Below, one piece after another: positions 1-8,414 of a stretch of DNA of 64,000 nt (within the stretch, counting starts at the first letter, position 1; every line of letters starts with the position of its first letter). This DNA is from Candidatus Micrarchaeota archaeon (GTDB taxonomy: Archaea > Micrarchaeota > Micrarchaeia > Burarchaeales > JACRGF01), in NCBI GenBank assembly GCA_016212395.1, contig JACRGF010000007.1, positions 1,910 to 65,909 on the forward strand, in the 5' to 3' direction. The notes beneath the pieces were generated by a model. That model was not told where the DNA came from. It was given only the letters and a program-made list of their open reading frames with translations, and ran no database searches. The position numbers and the translations under genes were made by a program.

Positions 1-1066
1 GGAGGGACGAGTGCGCTTTCTCCGGAGGCAAGCCAATAGCAGTGAGAACGTGGGAAGGCTTTAAGTCATGTGAAGAGCACGCAGAGCCTGTTGAAGCAGC
101 AATCCCGCGGTCGCTCAAGTAGAGCACAATGCCTTCGCCTTCAATAAAGTCAAATCCGAAGTTCGCGTTGTTCGGCAAGCGGTTTTCGCGCGAGCCATTC
201 AGCCAACTGCCTTCAACCTTCAAAACTCCGTGAATCAATTTATCACGCAGGCGTTTTTCGCGCTCTGCTTCCTTCTCGAGATTTTCCTGCGCGAGCCTGC
301 TCGCTTCTGCGAAGCCAACGATGCCGGAAATGTTTTCAGTTCCTGAACGCAATCCGCGCTCGTGCCCGCCACCGAAATTAATTGATTCGATGGGCGTGCC
401 CTTGCGCACGAAGAGCAGCCCGACTCCCTTCGGGCCGTACAGTTTGTGCGATGAAGCTGAAAGCAAGTCAACGTTCAAATCGTTCACGTTAGTTGAAAGC
501 TTGCCGAACGTCTGCACGGCATCAGTGTGAAAAAGAATGCTTTTCCTGCGCGCGAGTTCGCCGATTTGCTTTATTGGCTGGATGGAGCCGATTTCGTTGT
601 TCGCGTGCATTATTGAAATCAGGATTGTTTCCGGAGTAATTGCGTTCTCGACGCTTGAAACTGAAACGAAGCCGTCTTTGGAAACAGGCAAGTATGTTAC
701 AGAAAAGCCTTCTTTTCTTTCGAGATGCTGGATCGCATGCAGGACAGCGTGGTGCTCTATTTGAGTAGTAATAATGTGTTTGCCTTTCCCTTCGCGCTTG
801 AACCTGCGCACAGTGCCGAGGATAGCAAGGTTGTCGCTTTCTGTTCCTCCTGAAGTGAAGAAGACTTCTTCTTTAGTGCATGAAAGAGCCTGCGCGAGCT
901 TCTCCCGCGCTTCATCCAGGGCTTTTTCAGCTTCCAATCCGAACGAGTGCATGCTCGCAGAATTGCCGAACGTTTTGGTGAAGAAGGGAAGCATTGCTTT
1001 CAGCACTCGCTTGTCAACCGGAGTGGTCGCAGCGTGGTCAAGATAAATTCTAGTATCAGCATTCAT
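1..1066 (-). CDS. Cysteine desulfurase (NifS/IscS family), 3' end runs off the window
   Basis: Absent from the ORF track because it is open at the window edge. My minus-strand translation from the start codon (CAT at 1064-1066) gives MNADTRIYLDHAATTPVD...FTSGGTESDN...SASSHKLYGPKGVG...GGGHERGLRSGTEN...STGSACSS. This contains the PLP-lysine SxHK motif and the catalytic Cys loop. Confidence 0.85.
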   Translation of the reverse strand, partial: MNADTRIYLDHAATTPVDKRVLKAMLPFFTKTFGNSASMHSFGLEAEKALDEAREKLAQALSCTKEEVFFTSGGTESDNLAILGTVRRFKREGKGKHIITTQIEHHAVLHAIQHLERKEGFSVTYLPVSKDGFVSVSSVENAITPETILISIMHANNEIGSIQPIKQIGELARRKSILFHTDAVQTFGKLSTNVNDLNVDLLSASSHKLYGPKGVGLLFVRKGTPIESINFGGGHERGLRSGTENISGIVGFAEASRLAQENLEKEAEREKRLRDKLIHGVLKVEGSWLNGSRENRLPNNANFGFDFIEGEGIVLYLSDRGIAASTGSACSSHDLKPSHVLTAIGLPPEKAHSSL

Positions 1067-1433
1067 GTTTTCCACCTGTGCAGATGTCACAGTTTTTGCT
1101 CGCGTCGAATTCGCGTGAGTGTACTCCGCACGCGCTTCCGCTCTTGCGAATGCCTGAGCAGACGGAGCACACGCCCAGCACAACGCCGCACTCGGACAAG
1201 CGCCCGCGCTTTATTTCCAACGCGAGGCGCTTGACTTGCTGTTTCGCTTTTTTTGAAAGCGCGAGTTCAACGCCACGCTTTTTCGCCAAGTACTGCGAGA
1301 CAGCGGCAGGCGTCACGCCGAGAATGCCGGCGATTTCGCTTTGCTGAACGTTGAGCGTTTTCAGCTGCGCTGCAAGCTCGGCAGTAATCGCAGGGAGCAA
1401 ATGCCAGCGCGCGATTTGGCACGGAGTCTTCAT
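1056..1433 (-). CDS. HTH transcriptional regulator with a C-terminal Cys-rich (possible metal or Fe-S binding) tail
   Basis: 125-aa ORF with an HTH-like segment QSEIAGILGVTPAAVSQYL. The tail carries 7 Cys (CGVVLGVCSVCSG...ACGVH...CDIC). Its stop overlaps the nifS-like start by 11 nt. Confidence 0.6.
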   Translation of the reverse strand: MKTPCQIARWHLLPAITAELAAQLKTLNVQQSEIAGILGVTPAAVSQYLAKKRGVELALSKKAKQQVKRLALEIKRGRLSECGVVLGVCSVCSGIRKSGSACGVHSREFDASKNCDICTGGKHEC

Positions 1434-1443
1434 GGGTTAACGA

Positions 1444-2391
1444 TTGTTAACAAACATTAAAAAGAGTTGGCTTGAGCCCTTGGAAATCGTTAAAAAACGT
1501 GCATTTCACAACTGGTTTATGGAACTTGAACTTTTGCGTGTTGCTGTTGCAGTGGCTGGTTGCGCCGCTGCAGCGTGTTACGACGTGTTCAACAAGAGGA
1601 ACGTGCCGAACAATTTGACGTACGTGTTTGTCGCGATGGGCGTTTTGCTGAACTTTTGGCAGTTTGATTTAACGGTTTTTGCAGGAACGGCGGCAGTAGC
1701 GCTGGTTGTGGGTGTTTTGAGTTATTTGTTTTACAGGACTGGGCAGATTGGGGGCGCGGACGTGCTGATGTTCGTGGGTCTTGCATTTTTGCTGCCGGAA
1801 ACACGCGCAGGGCTGCTGCAAGGCGGGCAGGCGCAGGCGTTGTTCACTCTCCCATTCATAGTGTCGTTGTTTGTTTCAAGCGGTTTTCTTTTCATGCTTG
1901 GAATAACATTGCAGTTCGTGCCGAAGGCAGTGAGGGCAGTTTTGCAAAAAAAATCAGGGGTAAAACCGGCGAACGCAGCATACGCGGCAATAGTGTTGGT
2001 TGCATACGCGGCGCTTGCTTACGTTGCTAACGGAATGGGTTTTTCTCCGTCGTATTTCGCAATAGTTGGAGTGCTCGTGTTTTGCTCTGCGTTCATCGTA
2101 ACGTTCAGGGAGTTGATAGTCAACTCTATGATTGAAAACGTTGGCTTGAAGGAAATCGAGGAGGAGGACGTGCTTGCAATAGAAAAGATGGACGCAAAAG
2201 TAGTAAAAAAATACAGGTTGCAGAAGCTCATAACGCTTGAACAGTTGAAGAGGTTGAAGGAAACGCGGCTCAAAAAGTTTCCTGTGTTCAAGCACATGCC
2301 TGCGTTTCTTCCGTTCCTGCTAGGAGGATTGATTCTCAGCTTGCTGATTGGCGACGTGCTCGCGTTCCTCACTCAACTCGCGCTCTCGTGA
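1444..2391 (+). CDS. A24-family prepilin/preflagellin peptidase (PibD/FlaK-like) with a C-terminal extension
   Basis: Polytopic membrane ORF with both catalytic Asp motifs: YDVFNKRNVPN and IGGADVLMF (GxGD-type). The true start may be the internal MELELL. Confidence 0.75.
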   Translation: MLTNIKKSWLEPLEIVKKRAFHNWFMELELLRVAVAVAGCAAAACYDVFNKRNVPNNLTYVFVAMGVLLNFWQFDLTVFAGTAAVALVVGVLSYLFYRTGQIGGADVLMFVGLAFLLPETRAGLLQGGQAQALFTLPFIVSLFVSSGFLFMLGITLQFVPKAVRAVLQKKSGVKPANAAYAAIVLVAYAALAYVANGMGFSPSYFAIVGVLVFCSAFIVTFRELIVNSMIENVGLKEIEEEDVLAIEKMDAKVVKKYRLQKLITLEQLKRLKETRLKKFPVFKHMPAFLPFLLGGLILSLLIGDVLAFLTQLALS

Positions 2392-2649
2392 GGAAAAAAA
2401 GTTCAGTGTTTTAGACAGTGACCAGAAGAGGAAGATAGACGCGACGATTACTACTCCTAACGCCAAGTCCCAGAACAGGTTTTCGCTTATTAGGAAAAGC
2501 TGGCCGTTCCACACGTGGTCAACAACGCCGAAAACCGCTCCGCCCGCCAGCATTAGCTCGAGGTTCTTGTCGGAACTCTTGTTCTTGCCTGCAAAGTGAA
2601 CGAACAAAAATGCGGCCAAGGAAACAGCGTAACAAACCATGAGAACCAC
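2320..2649 (-). CDS. Small membrane protein, hypothetical
   Basis: 109-aa ORF with about 3 hydrophobic helices. Its tail overlaps the 3' end of the peptidase gene by 72 nt (convergent). Confidence 0.4.
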   Translation of the reverse strand: MVLMVCYAVSLAAFLFVHFAGKNKSSDKNLELMLAGGAVFGVVDHVWNGQLFLISENLFWDLALGVVIVASIFLFWSLSKTLNFFSSRERELSEEREHVANQQAENQSS

Positions 2650-2775
2650 CCCGAAAATAGAGTGGCAGGAAAAAAATTAATAATGCTCGCTTCGCTTTGA
2701 ATAGCTTGGCTTGAAAAAACAAGGGTTAAATAGAGTGAAAACTCTATAAAAATAGTTGAAGGAATAGCGTGAGAG

Positions 2776-5595
2776 TTGTTTGAAATGTTTTTGTTTCAGT
2801 CAGTTGTAGAGGGAGCTCTTCAAGCAGCAGCAGACGCGCTTGCGAAAGGGAAAAAAAAGCGGAACTGGGTAACGATAGCCGAGACTGCTGAAAAAAAATT
2901 GTTGGCAGCTTTGCTCGCCAAGTTTGAGAAAGACAAGAGGCTGCCGAGGCTGAACGCGCAGGAAGCAAAAGCAGCACGCGAAGCATTGGAAACAGCACTC
3001 AAAAGTAAGAAATTTGGAGAGAAAGAATTGATGGGGATAGCGCGAACACTGCAGGCAAGTGTGCCAGGAATGGGTGGGGAACGCGCAGGAGAAATAATGA
3101 AGATAGTTGAAAAATACGCGGTTGGAACAGAGTACAGGACAGTGCAAATCAGGGAATTGATGATGCAGACACGCGCGATTGCGAAGAGAGCAGCACGCGT
3201 TCCTGAACTGTTCAGGCTTCCTCTGCCTGCACTTGAAGGGCAGGCGTTGAGAAAGGTGCTTGAAGGATACGAGAAGCCGGGAGCAGTGCGCAACGTGGCA
3301 GAAGAAGCGCGCGCGATGGCAATCAGGGCAGGGCGCGTTGGAGCGCAAAGCAGGCCAGTGCAAGTGGTGGCAACAGCAGCAGCACTGGTTGCAATTGCAT
3401 CAATGGGAGTAGAGGAGTGCGCGGAATTCGCATCTAAAGTGTATGCGGCGTTAGCACCGGAAAAACAGCGGGTAGTTCCAAAGTCTGCTTCTGAAGAAGA
3501 GAGAATGACTCACTTGACAGTCAGAGTGTACAATGCGAGATCAGAATTGGAAAAATTGAAAAAAAAAGCCAATGGCTTGGAAGCAGAAGCAAAGCAGGGT
3601 GATTTCAAAAAACTAGCAGGGCAGTTGCCTGAGCTTGAAGGGAAGACTGAAGCGCTCGTGGATGATGCGATGAGGCAGGTAGGCATGGTGACAGCAGATG
3701 AAATTGCGGAGAGAGTTGGAGAGATTGAAAGAGAATTGCACACTCTGGAAAAACAAGTCGAAGCGTTGGAGAAAGACGCGGAATTCCGGCGCCCCATGGC
3801 AGAAGTCGTGAGTTCAGGAGCAGAGATTGCAGCTCAAACTCCTCCGAAGCCAATTACAGTGGAAGCCACTGTTTATGATATGGAGACGGCACGGCAGAGG
3901 TTTGCAAGCCTGCGCGGAGGAACAATCACGCGAGACGCGTACTTGGAAAGGCTTCACCGCTCGAGCGAAGGAAATTATTGCAGTGAATTCGTTTCAAATG
4001 TTTTTGACGTTGTGTACGGACCTGGAGCAAGCGTCGCGCTTGGAATACGCGGGAAAGACGCGTGGCAGATTGATGATGAAGTCAAAGTGCATGGAGGCTA
4101 TGTGCTGCCTGCTGCTACTCCGCTAGAAAAAATTCCTGAAGGCGCGATAGTAAGATTTAGAGTTCAAGGAAGCAGGTACCAGGGAGAAGCTGGAGACGAA
4201 CCGACGCACGCAGGCGTTTATTTAGGCGGAGGAAAATTTGTGCATATGGTTGGGGCGAACGTTAGGATAGAAAGATTGGAAGATTTTTTAGCAGAAGGAG
4301 GGCACATGAAGCTTGCGGACATTGTCGTCCCGCCGAAAGAAGTTATTCCTGAAACTCATAGGGAAACGCGCGTAGTCGTGAGGACTTTAAAGAAAGGGGA
4401 ATCTTTGCTGGCGCTAGTTACTGGAATGGCGAGGGAAGGAATTATTGAAAGGGAACAGGTCGCTTTTTACATGTCGCAAGCATGGAGGCACAACGAAGCA
4501 GTGCTTGCAAGAAAGAGAAATGGGGACGTTCAGTTGTCGTTTGAAGTGCCTGAAGATTTGAAGCAAGCAGTAGCCAAAATAGAGGGTACTCAGCCGTGGG
4601 TTTTAGATTATGAAACGCCTGCTTTCGAAACTCCGAAGCCATATACAGTGACAGTGGACAGGCGCAGTGACCCGAAAGAAAAAAGAACTCCTGAAAACCA
4701 AGTCGAGTTGGAGGTAAGTGAAGAAACTGCACAAGCGATACTCGAGTTGAATGCAGCAACTGACTTTGAAAAACACGTTCTCTTGGCGATAGCGACAAAA
4801 GAAAGAGGAGGAGGAGGCGCACGCGCTATAGCAAAAGAAGCTATGGACACAGTTCAAGATGTTGTTGGAAGCCACGCGCTCGTTCACAGGTACGGAGCGT
4901 TTCAAATAGATTACAGGGTTGCGATGGAGTATTGCCGAGAGGTTGAAAAAAAGAACGTTACTGAGGCTGAAGCTGAAGAGATATTGAGGGATGTTAACGC
5001 GTCTGCAAAAATAGCATTGTGGAATTTGAGGAACGGAGAACGGATTTTGTGGGTGATTGGAAAGCGTACAGGGGAAACTCTTTCTGAAGAACAGTCAGTG
5101 GTTGCGCTTGCAGTGTTCCATAACGGCGGGCTTGGTGGCGTGATTGGAGTAATGCAGCAAGTGGCGTTGCGAGAAATATCTGAAAAAATGGACGAGCGAG
5201 GAGAAAAAGCGTTTGAAGTCCATGCAGATATTGCAGAGGGGGAAGACTTGACTGCGAATGGCTACTTGCCCGTATTGGGAACAGCAGGCAAGAGCAATGG
5301 AGAACTTGCAGCCGGTTTGTTGTGGCTCGCAAGCGGGCGCAAAGGCCCTTCCAAAAGCCCTGGCGCTCCGGCGTTTAGAAAAGCCAGTGATGCACAAGAA
5401 GAGATGCTGATTGTTATAATATCGAAAGAAGATGAAGAAGCAGTTTTCCGGGAAACTGAAGCCGAATTTTCAAAGAGAGGGCGTAGCAGGACAGATTTTT
5501 TCACAACGCGAGCTTACGGAGTAATGGACAGGCTGCACTTGCACTACTGCGGAACAAGAATGAGCATGCCGACAGAAGAGGAACTGATGCAATAA
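2776..5595 (+). CDS. Large multidomain cell-wall-hydrolase-like protein: coiled-coil N-region, NlpC/P60, LysM-like segment, SLT (GH23)-like domain
   Basis: 939-aa ORF. NlpC/P60 signature: NYCSEFVSNVF (Cys about 402) ... EGAIVRF ... THAGVYLGGGKFVHM (His about 478). SLT-like pattern: LLAIATKERGG (Glu about 676) ... RYGAFQIDY ... DVNASAKIALWNLRNG ... AVFHNGGLGGV. The ATG at 2785 is a likely alternative start. Confidence 0.7.
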   Translation: MFEMFLFQSVVEGALQAAADALAKGKKKRNWVTIAETAEKKLLAALLAKFEKDKRLPRLNAQEAKAAREALETALKSKKFGEKELMGIARTLQASVPGMGGERAGEIMKIVEKYAVGTEYRTVQIRELMMQTRAIAKRAARVPELFRLPLPALEGQALRKVLEGYEKPGAVRNVAEEARAMAIRAGRVGAQSRPVQVVATAAALVAIASMGVEECAEFASKVYAALAPEKQRVVPKSASEEERMTHLTVRVYNARSELEKLKKKANGLEAEAKQGDFKKLAGQLPELEGKTEALVDDAMRQVGMVTADEIAERVGEIERELHTLEKQVEALEKDAEFRRPMAEVVSSGAEIAAQTPPKPITVEATVYDMETARQRFASLRGGTITRDAYLERLHRSSEGNYCSEFVSNVFDVVYGPGASVALGIRGKDAWQIDDEVKVHGGYVLPAATPLEKIPEGAIVRFRVQGSRYQGEAGDEPTHAGVYLGGGKFVHMVGANVRIERLEDFLAEGGHMKLADIVVPPKEVIPETHRETRVVVRTLKKGESLLALVTGMAREGIIEREQVAFYMSQAWRHNEAVLARKRNGDVQLSFEVPEDLKQAVAKIEGTQPWVLDYETPAFETPKPYTVTVDRRSDPKEKRTPENQVELEVSEETAQAILELNAATDFEKHVLLAIATKERGGGGARAIAKEAMDTVQDVVGSHALVHRYGAFQIDYRVAMEYCREVEKKNVTEAEAEEILRDVNASAKIALWNLRNGERILWVIGKRTGETLSEEQSVVALAVFHNGGLGGVIGVMQQVALREISEKMDERGEKAFEVHADIAEGEDLTANGYLPVLGTAGKSNGELAAGLLWLASGRKGPSKSPGAPAFRKASDAQEEMLIVIISKEDEEAVFRETEAEFSKRGRSRTDFFTTRAYGVMDRLHLHYCGTRMSMPTEEELMQ

Positions 5596-5762
5596 GGCAT
5601 TGGCGGAATCGCGCATTACGGAAGGGAAGCCATACAAATTTACAGGCAGTTCACCCAACCAGAAGCGTAAAACGCTGAAACTTCGAAGCTTCAAAACTGC
5701 TAAACCTCGAGACTCCGAAACCACCTGACGCTAGCAGAGGCAGGAAATAAAAAAAAAAGGTT

Positions 5763-5934
5763 TGCTCCCACCGGGATTTGAATTCCCGAACCATGATAAC
5801 GAAAAAGCCTTTTTTTCTTTCTTTTTTCGTTAACGTTTTTTCTTTCTTTTTCAGCGGGAAAAAGAAAGAAAAAAGGTTACCCGGGTCGCTGCCTCGAAAG
5901 GGCAGAATCCTTGACCGGGCTAGACGATAGGAGC
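5763..5934 (-). tRNA. tRNA-Glu (anticodon UUC) with a 97-nt intron (5783-5879) between positions 53 and 54
   Basis: Minus-strand read: GCTCCTA TC GTCT AGCCCGGTCAA GGAT T CTGCC CTTTCGA GGCAG CGAC CCGGG [intron] TTCAAAT CCCGG TGGGAGC A. The acceptor stem pairs 7/7 (one G-U) and the T stem is CCGGG/CCCGG. The joined exons total 75 nt. Confidence 0.75.
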
Positions 5935-5951
5935 AAAAATACCCGGCTTTC

Positions 5952-6596
5952 TTATTTTGTGGTAGAATGAATAAAAGCGTATATGTTTTCGTGAATTTGC
6001 CTTTTCTGCTGGAGCGCGTTGAAAACAGCCCAGCGCGCTGAGAATTGCTGGAGCGCGAGCTTCAAATAATTCTGGCGCACTTGCTCGAGGAAGGAAGAGT
6101 CTTTCTCGAAGGAATGAATTTGCTCTTTTGTCTTGGTTTTCTGCGCGTGTTTCCTCTTCAAGCCTTCCTCGGCAGGCAAGTCGAGGAGGATGACGGCGTC
6201 AGGTTGAGCGAGTTGAAGTGCTGTTGTTTCCTGTTTTGCTTGCTCGAGAGTGAATTGTTGTTTTTCAGCGCCTCCTGCGCGCGCAGACTGGTAGCATATG
6301 GTTGAGAAGATGAAACGGTCGCAGATTACGAGGTTGCGTTTCGAAACAAGCGCGTTTATTTCAAGAGTGTCTTTCGCAATGTCTTTCGCGAAAACATCGA
6401 ACTCCTGCGCTGGCGAAAGGTGCTGGTCTTTGCTGAGAATCGCGGACAGTTGTTCTCCGTACTCGCCTGCGAGGTCAGGGTAAGTGAAAAGAATTGCAGG
6501 AGTGCCTTGCTGTTCGAGTTTTTCGAGGAGCAGGCCTATTTGAGTCTGCTTGCCTGAACCGTCTATTCCCTCGAAAACGATTAGAGCGCCGCGCAT
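5952..6596 (-). CDS. tmk: Thymidylate kinase
   Basis: 214-aa ORF with the P-loop IVFEGIDGSGKQTQ and typical dTMP kinase length. Confidence 0.85.
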   Translation of the reverse strand: MRGALIVFEGIDGSGKQTQIGLLLEKLEQQGTPAILFTYPDLAGEYGEQLSAILSKDQHLSPAQEFDVFAKDIAKDTLEINALVSKRNLVICDRFIFSTICYQSARAGGAEKQQFTLEQAKQETTALQLAQPDAVILLDLPAEEGLKRKHAQKTKTKEQIHSFEKDSSFLEQVRQNYLKLALQQFSARWAVFNALQQKRQIHENIYAFIHSTTK

Positions 6597-6633
6597 ATTG
6601 AAAAGTTATATAAAGGTGTTTTAATAAAAATGA

Positions 6634-7557
6634 TTGTGGGTTTGCGTGAAAGTTGGCGACTTTATTTCTGTTAGGGACCTGGAAAAAAATGATATAGATT
6701 TTCTATTAGACAAAGCGGAAGCCACGGAAAAGAAAATGGCTGAAGGCTGCAGCGAACTCGACGGAAAAGTCGTCGCGACCTTGTTCTTCGAGCCTTCAAC
6801 GAGAACGCGCTTGTCATTCCAAACTGCAGCACAGCGCCTTGGCGCGAAAGTAATTGATTTCGGCAGCACGAGCGGGACGAGCATGGTGAAAGGAGAAACG
6901 TTCACGGACACGATAAAAATAGTGGACGGATACGCAGATTTGCTTGTGATAAGGCACTCTGTTGAAGGCGCTGCGAGGTACGCCGCGAAAGTTGCAGAGC
7001 ACCCGGTGATAAACGCCGGCGACGGGGGAAACCAGCACCCGACGCAAATGATGCTCGACTTGTACACCATAAGGAAATTGAAGAAAAAAATCGATGGCTT
7101 GAACGTGTGCCTTGTTGGCGACTTGAAGTACGGGCGCGTGATGCGCTCGCTCATGTACGGGCTCGCAATGTACAAGGCGAACGTCACGCTCATTTCGCCG
7201 AAAGGCTTGGAGATGGATGTTGAAGCTGTGAAGGAAGTGAAGCAAAAATTCAACGCTGAAATAATTGAAACGAACGAAATGAACCTGCGCGACGCAGACG
7301 TTTTGTACGTGTGCAGGATACAAAAAGAAAGGTTCACTGACGTTTACGAAGCAGAGAGAGTGCAGAAAGAATTCAGGGTGACGAAAGAACAAATAGACGG
7401 GTGCAAGAAAGACATGGTAATACTCCACCCGCTCCCGAAAATAGACGAAATCGATTTGGCGATAGACAAGAGCCCGCACGCGAAATACTTCGAGCAGGCG
7501 AAAAACGGCGTGCCAGTGAGAATGGCGATAATATCAGAACTGCTGAAGAAAAAATAG
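6634..7557 (+). CDS. pyrB: Aspartate carbamoyltransferase catalytic subunit
   Basis: Motifs FFEPSTRTRLSF, HPTQ and HPLP in a 307-aa ORF. The start is uncertain (TTG 6634 or GTG 6646). Confidence 0.95.
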   Translation: MWVCVKVGDFISVRDLEKNDIDFLLDKAEATEKKMAEGCSELDGKVVATLFFEPSTRTRLSFQTAAQRLGAKVIDFGSTSGTSMVKGETFTDTIKIVDGYADLLVIRHSVEGAARYAAKVAEHPVINAGDGGNQHPTQMMLDLYTIRKLKKKIDGLNVCLVGDLKYGRVMRSLMYGLAMYKANVTLISPKGLEMDVEAVKEVKQKFNAEIIETNEMNLRDADVLYVCRIQKERFTDVYEAERVQKEFRVTKEQIDGCKKDMVILHPLPKIDEIDLAIDKSPHAKYFEQAKNGVPVRMAIISELLKKK

Positions 7558-7739
7558 CTGCACGCGCAGAAAAAAAATCTAAAAAACACGAAGGCAAAAC
7601 TCGAGCATAAAAAAAACAGCTGCGCAAAAACAGAACGAAATGAAAGCAAGCAAAAAAAAACACGAACGACAAAAACAGGTGCGCATAGATATGAAAATGT
7701 TTTATTGCATGGCTTGAGCAGGTTAGCAGTTGGGGTAAC

Positions 7740-8204
7740 GTGGAGTTGTTGAAAATGCCGTTGAGCGTTGAAAAAATCGAGGACGGAAGCGTCATAGACC
7801 ATATCACTGCAGGCCACGGCTTGCATGTGCTCGCCATACTGAAAATAGACGAAAAATATGCAGGGCGAGTCGCGCTCGTGATGAACGTTCCATCGAAAAC
7901 AATGGGAAAAAAAGACATTGTGAAAATAGAAGGCAAAATCATTGACGAGAAGACTGCGGACAAAATCGCAGTAATAGCTCCGCACGCGACGCTCAACATA
8001 ATAAAAAAAGGCGAAGTAACGTCGAAAAACCAAGTTGAAATGCCTTCCAAGCTCGTGGGCGTGTTCAAGTGCCCGAACCCGAAATGTGTTACGACAACGG
8101 AAAAAATAGAAACGGATTTTGAAGTCGAAAAAAGAAGCGAAAACCCGAACATGCGCTGCGCCTATTGTGAAAGAACTTTCACTCCTGAAGAATTAAGGGA
8201 ATAA
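7740..8204 (+). CDS. pyrI: Aspartate carbamoyltransferase regulatory subunit
   Basis: Motif VEKIEDGSVIDHI plus the C-terminal Zn domain CPNPKC...CAYC. The ATG at 7755 is a plausible true start. Confidence 0.9.
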   Translation: MELLKMPLSVEKIEDGSVIDHITAGHGLHVLAILKIDEKYAGRVALVMNVPSKTMGKKDIVKIEGKIIDEKTADKIAVIAPHATLNIIKKGEVTSKNQVEMPSKLVGVFKCPNPKCVTTTEKIETDFEVEKRSENPNMRCAYCERTFTPEELRE

Positions 8205-8414
8205 AAAAAATAAGAACAAGCAATACGCGGGCAAAACAAACAGCCGAGACAAAAAACAGAAACGCGCAGGATTTGAATTTTTGTTTTTTTGCGTGGTTGC
8301 AGCAGTGTTTTTTGCTGAAGAAAAACAACCACATTTACCAACAAATATAAACCTTAAGGTAGTAAGAAGTATGAAAGAGTATTAGCATATTTGTTTTGTT
8401 GTGGGGTGTGTATA

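Noticed and set aside
8255-8285. T-loop-like GGATTTGAAT (reverse complement ATTCAAATCC) downstream of pyrI, as a possible tRNA 3' half
   Set aside because: I found no matching T-stem partner, acceptor strand or 5' half within 200 nt on either strand. The local GTGGTTG...CAACCAC hairpin plus T-runs fits a terminator better.
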